DNA of 64,000 bases from Octopus vulgaris (GCA_951406725.2 OX597827.1:64046001-64110000), one strand, 5' to 3'. Positions 40,287 through 52,821 are shown, counted from the stretch's first letter. Notes: a model not told the origin generated them from the sequence alone. Numbers and translations: made by a program.

Positions 40287-40500
40287 TTTTAAAAAAAATC
40301 TCTGTTAAAAACATAGATAAATAAAAAAAAAATTAAGTGACTTGCTTAAACAAGTATAACAACAAAATCAACAAAAGTAACAAGATATTTACATTATTTA
40401 CATTTGACGGATATTTGTCCTCATCTTGTTTGTTGTTGAATGTAAATAATGTAAACAATGTAAATAATGTACATAATTCCTCATCTCTTAACCCTTTCAT

Positions 40501-41527
40501 GGATCTTTTCATTTTGATGGCCAAATTTTCCTAGTTAACTAAACAATTTGAAACTTCGTATACTGGTAGAATGTGTCAAAAGAAAACATTATTGCAAACA
40601 AAATTGAAAACAAAATTGTAATTCGTAACTAAAACGTAGTTTAATTTTAAGAATTTTAACCAATGAAATCGCAGCATTCAAGCTCAAAATATTTACCTCT
40701 TCTTCTATCTTCTACATGTGCTAGAAATAACAGCTATATCTCTTAAATCGATTAATTTCGTCGCCCAATAAAAATATTAACGATATTTTTTAATATTTTC
40801 TTTATTTTTTTTACCGAAAAGGCTTCTCCGATGGTTTGGAAGGGCCAAAAACAACAAAAACAAAACAATAATATGCCTAAATCGGTCTAGAGGGTGCGCG
40901 TGGAGTGTGGGTCATATTGTAAAAATTTGCGAAATATTTTTTCATAAAAGGATGCCCCAGCTTGTCGGAGGCTGTGATATAAATTGGGAAAAAAATCCTC
41001 AACACCAGTGCATAATTAGTACTTAATTTATCGACCCCGAAACGATGAAACATTGACCCCCCACCCTTCTGGTTTATTTACCTTTTGTGCAAATTTGTTG
41101 CGGCAAGGGGCAAAACACGAACGTGTAATGTATGCTTGTGTGTGTATGTATATGTCCGTTTGTATGTGTGTGTACGCTTATATATTAATTACTATGTGCT
41201 TGTGCAAATGTATATGCATGTGTTTGAGAGAGAGAGAGAGAGAGAGTGTGTGTGTGTGTGTGTGTCGTGCGTCTGCTATATTTCTTTATCAATATCGATA
41301 ACGCAGCAATGCCGGGATTTCATTGGTTAAAATTCAAAGATGTTGGGATTTCATTGGTTAAAATTCGCAGATTTAAACTACATTTAAACTTATAAAATAC
41401 ATTTTTCTCAAAAAAACAAGTTGAAATTAGTGTTTTCTTTTGAGACACTCTACCAGTATACGAAGTTTCAAATTATTTAATTAACTAGAAAAATCTGAAA
41501 AATTTGGCCATCAAAATGAAAAGATCC
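40501..41527. mobile_element. GGATC-TIR element with 8-bp TSD
   Basis: TIR GGATCTTTTCATTTTGATGGCCAAATTTT; TSD CCTTTCAT at 40493-40500 and 41528-41535. Confidence 0.9.
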
Positions 41528-42218
41528 CCTTTCATTACTGTATTTACTTTGAGATGCTCTGTGTTTCTTTCAATTACTTGAAATATAACAAAGAATTTAG
41601 TAAAATAACTTAGTTATCATTAAGCTAGTGTTAGGAACATAAATTGTGACTAAGGTTTGGTGGAAGATTTTAATTCAAAACCTATGAAAGAAAACATTTG
41701 TACTCAGAGCCAGAGCTGGTTTCAGCCCAGTTGGTAACAAAAGGCACATGAGTGGCTGTGTGGTAAGTAGCTTGCTAACCAACCACATGGTTCCGGGTTC
41801 AGTCCCACTGCGTGGCAACTTGGGCAAGTGTCTTCTGCTATAGCCCCAGGCCGACCAATGCCTTGTGAGTGGATTTGGTAGACGGAAACTGAAAGAAGCC
41901 CATCGTATATATGTATATATGTGTATGTGTCTGTGTGTTTGTTTGTTTGTGTTTGTCCCCTTAGCATTGCTTGACAACCGATGCTGGTGTGTTTATGTGC
42001 CCATTACTTAGCGGTTCGGCAAAAGAGACCGATAGAATAAGTACTAGGCTTACAAAAGAATAAGTCCCGGGGTCGAGTTGCTTGATTAAAGGCGGTGCTC
42101 CAGCATGGCCACAGTCAAATGACTGAAACAAGTAAAAGAGTAAAGAGTAAAAGGGGTTAGAACTGTAGCAAACAGATACATTTTACAATAAAGAAGAGAA
42201 GAGGGTTCATAGACTGGC

Positions 42219-42259
<41 letters not shown>

Positions 42260-42309
42260 GGTGGAGAAAGAGAGACATGCACACATGCATGAGCACACAC
42301 AGTCACTCA

Positions 42310-42605
42310 CAGGTTACTGGCATAATGAAAGAGGGTTTTAGAGGTAAACATTATTCCAGTGATGAGGAAGTGAAAACTATAGTGAAGAACTGGCTCAAAG
42401 AACAGTCAATAGAATTTTATGGAGTAGGGATACATGCTCTCATTTGAAGGTGGAACATTGCTATTGAGAGAAACTGTGACTATGTTGAGAAGTAGGGATG
42501 TGATCCACAGAGGCCCAGCTTCATTTTGATGTATGGTACATGTTCCTGTGTTGGTGATCATTACTGTCCTAAACCATATGGCATTACTTTTTGACTCAAC
42601 CTCCT
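42310..42605 (+). mobile_element. Mariner 3' end fragment
   Basis: MKEGFRGKHYSSDEEVKTIVKNWLKEQ..FY..GI..L..RW...DYVEK*, followed by TIR-like ATTACTTTTTGACTCAACCTCCTA. Confidence 0.8.
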
Positions 42606-42619
42606 ATATACATACATAC

Positions 42620-42653
<34 letters not shown>

Positions 42654-43534
42654 GTATGCATATATATATTCTTTTATTTGTTTCAGTCATGTGACTGTGG
42701 CCATGCTGGAGCACGTCCTTTAGTTGAGCAAATCGACCCCAGGACTTATTCTTTGTAAACCTAGTACTTGCTGAATTGCTGAGTTATGGGGACGTAAAGA
42801 CACCAGTATCGGTTGTCAAGTAATGTTGGGGGGGACAAACACACGCACATACACACACACACACACATACACTCACACACATACACACACACGCATATAA
42901 ACACACATACACACATATATGTACACATATATACGACGGGCTTCTTTCAGTTTCCGTCTACCAAATCCACTTGCAAGGGTTTGGTCAGCCTGAGGTTATA
43001 GTAGAAGACACTTGCCCAGCGTGCCACTCAGTGATACTGAACCTGAAACCATGTGGTTGGTAAGCAAGCTTCTTACTACACAGGGGGCTGGCCAGATTGG
43101 AGCAATCTCAAGATTAATCAGCCAAAATTGCGAGCCAAAACAGGAGTGGCTGTGTGGTAAGTAGCTTGCTTACCAACCACATGGTTCTGGGTTCATTTCC
43201 ACTGTGTGGCACATTGGGCATGTGTCTTCTAGTATAACCTCGGGCCGACCAAAGCCTTGTGAGTGGATTTGGTAGATAGAAACTGAAAGAAGCCTGTCGT
43301 ATATATCTATCTATATATATAGATGTATGTGTGTATGTGTTTATGCGTTTGTGTTTGTCCTCCCAACATCACCAATGGTGTGTTTGCATCCCTGTAACTT
43401 AGCGGTTCGGCAAAAGAGATCAATAGAATAAGTACTAGGCTTACAAACAATAAGTCCTGGCGTCAATTTTCTTGATTAAAGGCAGTGCTCCAGCATGGCT
43501 AGTCAAATGACTGTAACAAATAAAAGATAGAAGA

Positions 43535-43577
<43 letters not shown>

Positions 43578-43881
43578 AATATATGTGGTTTAGATATGTA
43601 TATCTACCGACAAGCACCTGCAAAAATATACACATGAATCTATGTGTATATACAGCCATGTGTATATATACTCTTTTACTTGTTTCAGTCATTCGACTGC
43701 GGCCATGCTGGAGCACCGCCTTTAATCGAGCAATTCGACCCCAGGACTTATTCTTTTTTAAGCCCAGTACTTATTCTATCAGTCTCTTTTGCCGAACTGC
43801 TAAATAACGGGGACATAAACACACCAGCATCGGTTGTCAAGCAATGCTAGGGGGACAAACACACTCACACAAACACACACA

Positions 43882-43929
<48 letters not shown>

Positions 43930-44183
43930 TACGATGGGCTTCTTTCAGTTTCCATCTACCAAATCCACTCACAAGGCTTTGGTTGGCCTGAGGCTATAGT
44001 AGAAGACACTTGCCCAAGGTGCCACGCGGTGGGACTGAACCCAGAAGCATGTGGCTGGTAAACAAGCTACTTACCACACAGCCACTCCTGCACCTGTTCG
44101 TATATATGCATATGTATTTTTGTGTTTATATGTATGTGTCTGCAAATGTGTTTGTAAGTATACACACATGCACCACACACACA

Positions 44184-45422
44184 CTCACATGGAAGAAGTA
44201 AATAGACACCCCCTAATACATCGTTTTATGTATATTCTAACTTGTAAAGGTTTATATTTTTTATTACTTGACATGTTTGTCTTTCAGATTCTATATGTGA
44301 CTGTTTAATCGTTCCCTGTACAAAAGATGCCTTAGAACTGTCTGAATTTCAAGGAGGCCATATTTTGTGGCATCCTGAAGGTGGACATAGTCAGCGTAAA
44401 ATCGCAGAAAACCTTGGGATTGTGCTTTCTACAGTTAATAAAGTGATTGTGCAATTCACTAGAGAGGGGAAGGAGTCCACATCACCTCACCCAGATCAAC
44501 CAGGGCCTTCTGACAGGACCCTCTGACAGGACCCTCTGACAGGATCTGTCTCTTTGCTAAGAGAAGTGTGGAGGATAATCCTCATTGTAAGGCCTCTGAC
44601 TTAGCAGAAAAAGTTGGTGTCAGTCCCAGAACAGCTGTCAGGTATCTCCGCAAACTTGGTTACTATGGCAGAGCAGCAAGGAAGCCACTTCTTTGACCAG
44701 CCAGCATCAAGCAGCGAAAAGATTGGGCCAGTGAGATGATGGAGAGGCCACTAGCATTTTGGGACACTGTTGTATTTTCTGATGAGTCCAGATTTACTGT
44801 ATTTCATGACAGTGGTTGAGTGAGGAACTGGAGACTCTGTGATCAAGAATTCGAGGTGAAAAAATTGCAGACAACAGCGGCTATTCTGTGATGGTCTGGG
44901 GAGTAATTTGGAGCAATGGTTGATCAGAGCTGGTGAAGTGTGAGGGAAACATAAACTCAGATAAATACATGTCCATATTGCAGAAAAGACTCCTTCCAAT
45001 CTGCAGCAGTGAAATGATTAAAGAAGACTATTTATGGAAGATGGGGCTCCTTGTCACACAGCTAAAATGAGAATCATACCGAAAAGCTTCCGTGGCCAAG
45101 CCAATCGTCAGATATGAACCCTATTGAACACTTCTGGGACATAATGGACAGGACACTTCATAAAAAGAACAAGAAAGCATCTTCAAAGTCAGATCTTTCG
45201 AGATTACTGCATGAAACTTGGCAAGAAATTCCGCAAGAGAATATTCATCATCTGATCAGTAACATGCCTAATATGGTCCTTGCATTGAAAAATGCAAAGA
45301 GCATGTCTACTAAATATTAAATATTCACATTATAACAATTAATATATAATTTGAATGCATGATTTCAGATTTAAAGAAACTTTAATGGTTAGAAGGGTGT
45401 CTATTTACTTCTGTCATGTCTG
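44184..45422 (+). mobile_element. Full-length decayed Tc1-like DDE transposon
   Basis: TIRs ACATG..AGAAGTAAATAGACACCC / GGGTGTCTATTTACTTCTGTCATGT; motifs WDTVVFSDESRF, MEDGAPCH, WPSQSSDMNPIEHFW; stops and frameshifts. Confidence 0.9.
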
Positions 45423-45440
45423 TATATAGCAGGTCTGTAT

Positions 45441-46743
45441 ATAGGTCGTCAAGTATGAAATTTGAAGATAGATAAATGGTAAACTTTGACAGCTGCTCAT
45501 TTTATGCCATTATTATATTTTGACAAACTTAATTTTTTTTTAGAAAGGCTGACACATCTATTTCTTTTTTCTAACTCATTTTGCGCTTTATAAAGTATTT
45601 ATAAATCGTTTTTTGCTATTTTTGTTTTGAGATGGAAGTCGGAAATTTGTACAGTTTTGAAATATGAGTTCTTTCTTGGAAATACAGCATCACAGACAGT
45701 TCGAAATATTAATGGAGTATTTCATTCTAATGTTATTACACAGCAGACTGTATCAAATTGGTTTGCAAAATTTTGTTCTGGTAACTTTGAGCTCACAAAT
45801 GAGCAACACGGTCAACCAGAAACAAAGGTGGATAATGTCGAACTGAAAGCCACTGTCGAGTCAGATCCATTTCAAAGTGGCTGGTAACTACCATTGGTGT
45901 TTGATGTTAGCAAGCAAACGATATTGACTCACCTAGTTCAAATCAGTAAAGTGAAAAAGTTGGATAAGTGGTTTCCACATGAACTCAATGGAAATTAGAA
46001 ACAGCAACGTTTGGAAGCCTGGATTATGCTACTTTCCCATCACAAAAATGAATCCTTTTTGAATTGAATTGTAATATGTGATGAGAAATGGATCCAATAT
46101 GACAACCGTAAATGTTCAATACAATGGTTGCACAAAGACGAGCCTCCAAAACACAGTCCCAAAAGCAAAATTCGTCAAAAGAATCTGATGGTGTGTGTTT
46201 GGTGGTCTGGCGCATGTATGATCTATTATGGTTTCATTAAACCTGGCTCATCAATCATGGCTAAAGTATACTGCAGCCAACTGGACAACAAGAAATCCCT
46301 GATGCAGAAACTTACAAAAAAAAAAAAAAAACTAGCCTAGATTAGTCAACAGATCCACTCCTATTTTATTGCAAGACAGTGCCAAACAACACATTGCAAA
46401 AATGACATTGGCAAAACAATAGTTGTTGGAGTTGGAAGTTCTCCATCAGCTACCATACTCACCTGATCTTGCCCCCACTGACTACCACTTCTTCAAGAAT
46501 TTGGACGACTTTTTGATAGGAAAAAAAATTTAATTCCGCCGATGCTGTAAAACAGGTCTTCCAAGATTTTATTGACTCTAGGTTGCCAGGCTTTTACAGT
46601 TCTGGGCTGGACAAGCTACTGCTGAAATGGCAAAAGTGTATTGACAGTATGGGTGCATACTTTGAGGAATAAAACTATTCCTTGCATTTATAAAATATGA
46701 GCAAACTTTTTCTTTTCTACAAATTTCATACTTGACAACCTAA
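45441..46743 (+). mobile_element. Full-length decayed mariner (Hsmar1/cecropia-like)
   Basis: TIRs TAGGTCGTCAAGTATGAAATTTG / CAAATTTCATACTTGACAACCTA; motifs WFPHEL, VICDEKW, PYSPDLAPTDYHFF. Confidence 0.92.
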
Positions 46744-46744
46744 C

Positions 46745-46846
<102 letters not shown>

Positions 46847-47869
46847 GGGTAAAATTAATTAATCAATTAATAATTAATAATTTTACCAAGTAGTTCGGTA
46901 TGTTAAAAGGATCATTATCGGTAAACTTATGCAAAAATTCTATAATTATGAGCATAATTATAATTAGGGTTCAGCAAAACTTGCTTCACCACATACCGAA
47001 ATTTAGAAATAGCAGTTGAAATACTATTCTACTATCACAAGATATCTCCCAGACAGCAATACTCAACAACTCACGCAGGTAAAGAGAAAAAATAACGAAT
47101 CTACCCGGCTCTGTTTAACTGTATGTGTGTTTTGGGGTTAGAGAGTTGTAAAAAATGTAAAATCATATTTCTACTCACTCATTCCCTTTGTGAGTACAGT
47201 ATTTCAAATTTAAAATTTTAGAGCACTGATAATTAACATATGTATTCGACCAAGGCCACCAAAAAGCACACACATATATATATATATGTATATACATATA
47301 TATATATATAATAATAAGGGTTTTTTGGAACAAGTTGCTTAAATCACATACCGAAAATATTAGAAATAGCAGCCAAAGGACTACTATTTTGGCTGCTATT
47401 TCTAATATTTTCGGTATGTGGTTTAAGCAACTTGTTGCAAAAAACCCTTATTATTATAATTATATAAATTTTTTACCGATTATGGTCCTTTTCCATACCA
47501 AAATACTACTAGGTGAAATTTGTTGATTTTATTAAATTAATTATATTTCCCCCTACATCTATCTATATATGCATGGTGCAACGGACATGTAAAAGCACCA
47601 TGCGCTCGCGTCCGTTGCCAGCCTCGCCTGGCCCCCGTGCCGGTGACACGTAAAAGCACCATCCGTTCGTGGCCGTTTGCCAGCTCCGTCTGGCACCTGT
47701 GCGGGTGGCACGTAAAAAGCACCCACTACACTCATGGAGTGGTTGGCGTTAGGGAGGGCATCCAGCCGTAGAAACACTGCCAGATCTGACTGGGCCTGAT
47801 GCGGCCTTCCAGCTTCACAGACCCCAGTTGAACCGTCCAACCCATGCTAGCATGGAAAACGGACGATAA

Positions 47870-47904
<35 letters not shown>

Positions 47905-48216
47905 ATATCCAAAGACCAGTACTTCCGAATTCAAACAGACGAATGAGATCTCGTGAGTTGTTGAGTATTACTGCTGGGAGATAGCTTATGATAGCAGAAT
48001 AGTATTTTAACTGCTATTTCTAAGTAAATTTCAGTACATGGTGAAGCAAGTTTTGCTGAACCTTAATTATAATTAGGCTTATAATTATAGAATTTTTGTA
48101 TATACATATATATAGATTAGAGGCTTTGAGTGACCCGTCTGTTTTTTTGTGTCGTCTCTTTGTGTGTTTTTGCGTTCTTGTCCCACTTTGTAATTTATAT
48201 TTTATATTGAATTTCT

Positions 48217-48268
<52 letters not shown>

Positions 48269-48274
48269 CAACTG

Positions 48275-48394
48275 CTACCACAATTTGTAATCCTTCTATT
48301 TTAACATTGTGCCATTAGAACACCAACACAAGTTAGATTAAATACAGAAACCTACTTCATTGAAAAATATAAGCCAAAACTTAACCTTTTCTAG
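48275..48394 (+). mobile_element. Penelope-like element GIY-YIG endonuclease C-terminus
   Basis: PQFVILLF*HC...RLNTETYFIEKYKPKLN matches the E..FI....P.LN end of PLE GIY-YIG domains; follows (TA)n. Confidence 0.6.
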
Positions 48395-48464
48395 CATTTT
48401 TAAGGAACTTAGCTCATTGAAAAATATAAAGCAAAACTTAACCACTTAACCAACATATATGATA

Positions 48465-48835
48465 ATCGACATAGCATGCCCTGGTGTAAACAGGATCAAT
48501 GTGAAAGAAGAAAAAATGCACAACTATGAGGATTTAAGTTGAGAAATACAAAGATTGTGGTCAATGAAGAGAGTAGATGTGATACCAATAATAATTGGTG
48601 CACTTGGAAGTATCAGCAATCAGCTACAAACATGGTTGAAAAAGATTTTGTAGGTAGATTTTGCAAGTTTGTAGGTAGAACACCTACAAAAACCAGCATT
48701 GCTTGGAACAGTAAGAATTCTACATAGGGTTCTTGAAGCATGACCAGTAAACAAGTATCACCTTAGTCAGCTGGCTGCGGACAGCTGACACTTTCCCTCA
48801 TACCCAGCAAAATAAGCTGTGAATTTTAATACAAC
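48465..48835 (+). mobile_element. R4/Dong-type 3' fragment
   Basis: IIDIACPG..NYEDL..EIQRLWSMK.VDVIPIIIGALG..LQKPALLGTVRILHRVL, followed by (ACA)n(ATA)n. Confidence 0.8.
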
Positions 48836-49061
48836 AACAACAACAACAATAATAAAAATTATAATAATAATGATGATAATAATACTAAGTACTGGCTCTC
48901 ATGGTTTCTCATCCTAACTGATTGGAATTGTTATCATGTACATAGTTTTTTTTGTTTTTTGGTATAAAGGATGGGCTACAGTAAATATAATACTAATATG
49001 TGTGAAATTCTGTCTGTCCCTCTGTCCAGGATCCCTGTATCTCTGTCCTACATTATACATG

Positions 49062-49146
<85 letters not shown>

Positions 49147-49582
49147 CCCATCCGATCGTAGCTGTTCGCCAGCCTCGTCTGGCACCTGTGTCGGTGGCAC
49201 ATAAGAAAAACACCGAAAACACCATATCCGAGCGTGGCCGTCTGCCAGCCTCGTCTGGCACCTGTGTCGGTGGCACATAAAAAAACACCATCCGAGCGTG
49301 GCCGTCTGCCAGCCTCGTCTGGCACCTGTGTCGGTGGCACATAAAAAACACCATCCGAGCGTGGCCGTCTGCCAGCCTCGTCTGGCACCTGTGTCGGTGG
49401 CACATAAAATCACCCACTACACTCTCGGAGTGGTTGGCGTTAGGAAGGGCATCCAGCTGTAGAAACACTGCCAGATCTGACTGGCCTGGTGTAGCCTTCG
49501 GGCTTGCCAGACCCCAGTTGAACTGTCCAACCCATGCTAGCATGGAAAGCGGACGTTAAACGATGATGATGATGATGATGAT
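49147..49582 (+). mobile_element. SINE-like element with internal ~63-bp tandem repeats and (GAT)n tail
   Basis: 3' end CAACCCATGCTAGCATGGAAAGCGGACGTTAAACGATGATG. Copies at 3210-3470(-), 47570-47905, 52870-53395, 56160-56605, 60061-60497(-). Confidence 0.8.
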
Positions 49583-49762
49583 ATATATATAATCATATCA
49601 AAGGGAAATGGAATTTAATTAAAATTAAAATATTCAGTCAAAATTTACATTTCCAGTGGTCTAACATGCAAAAAAAAAATTAGTCAAGAAGACTATATAT
49701 TAATCATACGATATAGTGCATATTTAGTAGCCTTGTTTGTCTCCTGTTGAATATGTTTAACC

Positions 49763-49854
49763 CTAGGTTGGACCTTGCTGAAGAAGATCAGATCTTGTGA
49801 GTTCCCCCTGACTCGCTAAAAGAAGATCAGAAACCAATTGGTCCAGTGTACTAG
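49763..49854 (+). ncRNA. Type I hammerhead ribozyme-like motif
   Basis: CUGAAGA (49778) A-GAUC..UCUUGUGAGU/ACUCGC..AAGA-GAUC-A GAAAC (49830) CAAUUG GUC (49841). Stem III is the palindrome ACCAAUUGGU; stem I is weak. Confidence 0.55.
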
Positions 49855-49967
49855 ATGGTAAATGTTTTTCATCCGTTATTTTTGTGGTTTACAGAACCTA
49901 GCTGTTCATTCTAATGTGTTGAATTCACGTAAAGTGGATTCCTTATGTGTATAAACATGCACTATAT

Positions 49968-50010
<43 letters not shown>

Positions 50011-51722
50011 GTATGTATGTATGTATATATGTATGTATACATGTGTGTGTATATATATTTCCATACATACATAAATACATGCATGCATACACTAGCAAAC
50101 CAAGTTATGTCAGATGTAAGCCGATATTTTGTGTTCCTTTTTGAGACGGGGAGAAAAAATGTCAAAAATCTGGCCTACAAACCTTCAAATATGATGATGA
50201 CGGCCTAATTTGTTGTTTCATTGAAGTGAGGAGGAATCACATACTGAACTGAATTGAAAAACATTTTTCCACAAAAGGACCATTGAATAAAATATTGTTA
50301 GCCCGTCTTATTAACTATATTTAGCAATCTTTGCATTAAATACATTACTCATAGGTTATATAAAGCATGTCATGTATTTAAATTAACTCAACTGTAAAAA
50401 ATCAACTAACATTTAAATGACAACACAGTACTCAAACAAGACTGGATCTGTTGGAGGTGTCTGTATATGATTACTCATCCAGCTAAAAATAACAACCAAA
50501 TCAACCTATATCTACATACTAACGTCTACACTAAAATCCTATTTCATCGTCAATGTAGAAGCCCATCTCAATTTAAGTAGTTTTGAGTTAATTTTTTTTT
50601 AATAGAAATTAATGGGGAAAATAATGCTTAGTGGACATATTTAGATAGGTGCAGGAGTGGCTGTGTGGTAAGTAAGCTTGCTTACCAACCACATGGTTCC
50701 GGGTTCAGTCCCACTGCGTGGCATCTTGGGCAAGTGTCTTCTACTATAGCCTCGGGCCGACCAAAGCCTTGTGAGTGGATTTGGTAGATGAAAACTGAAA
50801 GAAGCCTGTCGTAAATATGTATATATATATATATGTGTGTGTCTGTGTTTGTCCCCCTAGCATTGCTTGACAACCAATGCTGGTGTGTTTACGCCCCCGT
50901 CACTTAGCGGTTCGGCAAAAGAGACCGATAGAATAAGTACTGGGCTTACAAAGAATAAGTCCCGGGCTCGATTTGCTCGACTAAAGGTGGTGCTACAGCA
51001 TGGCCACAGTGAAATAACTGAAACAAGTAAAAGAGTAAAAAAATAGTAAAAGAGATAATAAGTATTGGTTCCAGATTTTAGCACAAGGCCAACAATTTTG
51101 GGGGAGGGGCTGAGTCGATTATATCAAACCCAGTGTTCAACTTGTACTTATTTTTGCAACGTCGAAAGAATAAAAGGTAAAGTCAACCTTTGGGCTCAGA
51201 ATGCAAAGATGGAATTTGAGCTCATACTAGACAAAGAGAGAGGGCTGGGCCAAAAGTTAAACAACAAAACATTTCAGGTTTTATTTATATTATTACCTCT
51301 GCTGTTGCAAAGGCAGAAGTATTGTTTTTAGTTGCATTTGTTTATTTGTTTGTCCGTGAACAAGATATCTCAAGAACCGCTGGACAGATTTAGATCAAAC
51401 TTTCAGGGATGTTTGGCCTCATGACTGGCATGAACCCTGGACACATTCTAAAGTTGTAGCTTTATCTCAGAACAACCAATATCAGTAACTGAGTGTGCTA
51501 TCCCATCTCTTTATCTCTCTCTCTCTCTCTCTCTTCATCCAGCTATTACACCCAACATGTGCCTCTGTATCAAAAGATGAGTCCTGATGTCTTTATGTCT
51601 GCTCATGACTATACATAAATAAATACATACATACATACTTACATACCTGCATACATAAATACATACACACCCACACACATGTATATATAAGTAAATGGAG
51701 TTGAACGCAGATGCTATTCAAA

Positions 51723-51821
51723 TTCTTTTACTTTCGACATATGTTTCGAAAGCAACATTGGTTTTACTTCAAAGGAATAAATGGTGTAAAATGCAATCTT
51801 CTCATCAGGAAAGAAAGAGAA
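51723..51821 (-). ncRNA. Type I hammerhead ribozyme motif (Penelope-like)
   Basis: Minus strand: UUCUCUUUCUUUC-CUGAUGA-[~50-nt stem II GAAGAUUG..UUUUAC/GUAAAA..CAAU..CUUUC]-GAAAC-AUAU-GUC-GAAAGUAAAAGAA. Stem I has 11/13 pairs; stem III is the palindrome ACAUAUGU. Confidence 0.75.
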
Positions 51822-52821
51822 CCTGGAACATAATTGAGAGCAGCCACGGTATCTGCCTGTATAATATACTCCCCCAAACTCTCACTGTCTCTCTCTCTCT
51901 CACATGCACATAGTACCACAGAAAGTCAGCCGTAACATTTTATTATTAGTCGGACAGTAGTAATTGTAAAAACACTTACTTGTTTAAATACTATCAGCTA
52001 GGTGCAAGGTCTTCTCTGGACTAGCTTCTCCGTCTAGTAAGAGTAGATTTAGGTGAAACGATTTAAAACATACACAACCGAGTGTTGATAGAGTAATACA
52101 ACTGTATGCTTACGTGCCTCCATGCACATGAAAACACACATTCACACTCACACAAACATGTATATATATATATTATATCATGTATACTTATAAATATATT
52201 TGATGTATGTGTTTATGTAAACAAATTGATGTGTGTGTATGTCTTTGTTTAAAAAAAAGTCATGTATTTGAGTATATTTGACAATCTTGACAATAAATAC
52301 TTGACTCACTTAACAGGTTATGTGGGAACTGATGACTCTAAAACAATGTCACTTGTAATGCATTGTTAAAATTTTGGTGAAGGCGTGGCTGTGTGGTAAG
52401 AAGCTTGTTTTCCAACCACATAGTTCAGGATTCAATCCCACTATGTGGCATCTTGGGCAAGTGACTTCTACTAAAGCCTCAGGTCAATCAAAGCTATATA
52501 TATGACCATGGGACTGCACCTAGAAAGTTACCCTCCGAGGCACAAGTCCGGGCAAGGTTGTTTATGGAGGACCAGCAGTCACCTGTGCATACCGACCTCC
52601 CCACTCCACGCCACCAGTGTTATCCAAGGGAAAGGCAAAGGGGCCGATACACTTTGGCACCCGTGACGTTGCAACTCATTTCTACAGCTGAGGGAACTGG
52701 AGCAACATGAAATAAAGTGTCTTGCTCAAGAATACAATACGCAGCCTGGTCTGGGATTCGAACTCACAACCTCATGGTCGTAAGCTTGACGTTCTCACCA
52801 TTGAGCCGTGTGCCCTCACTG

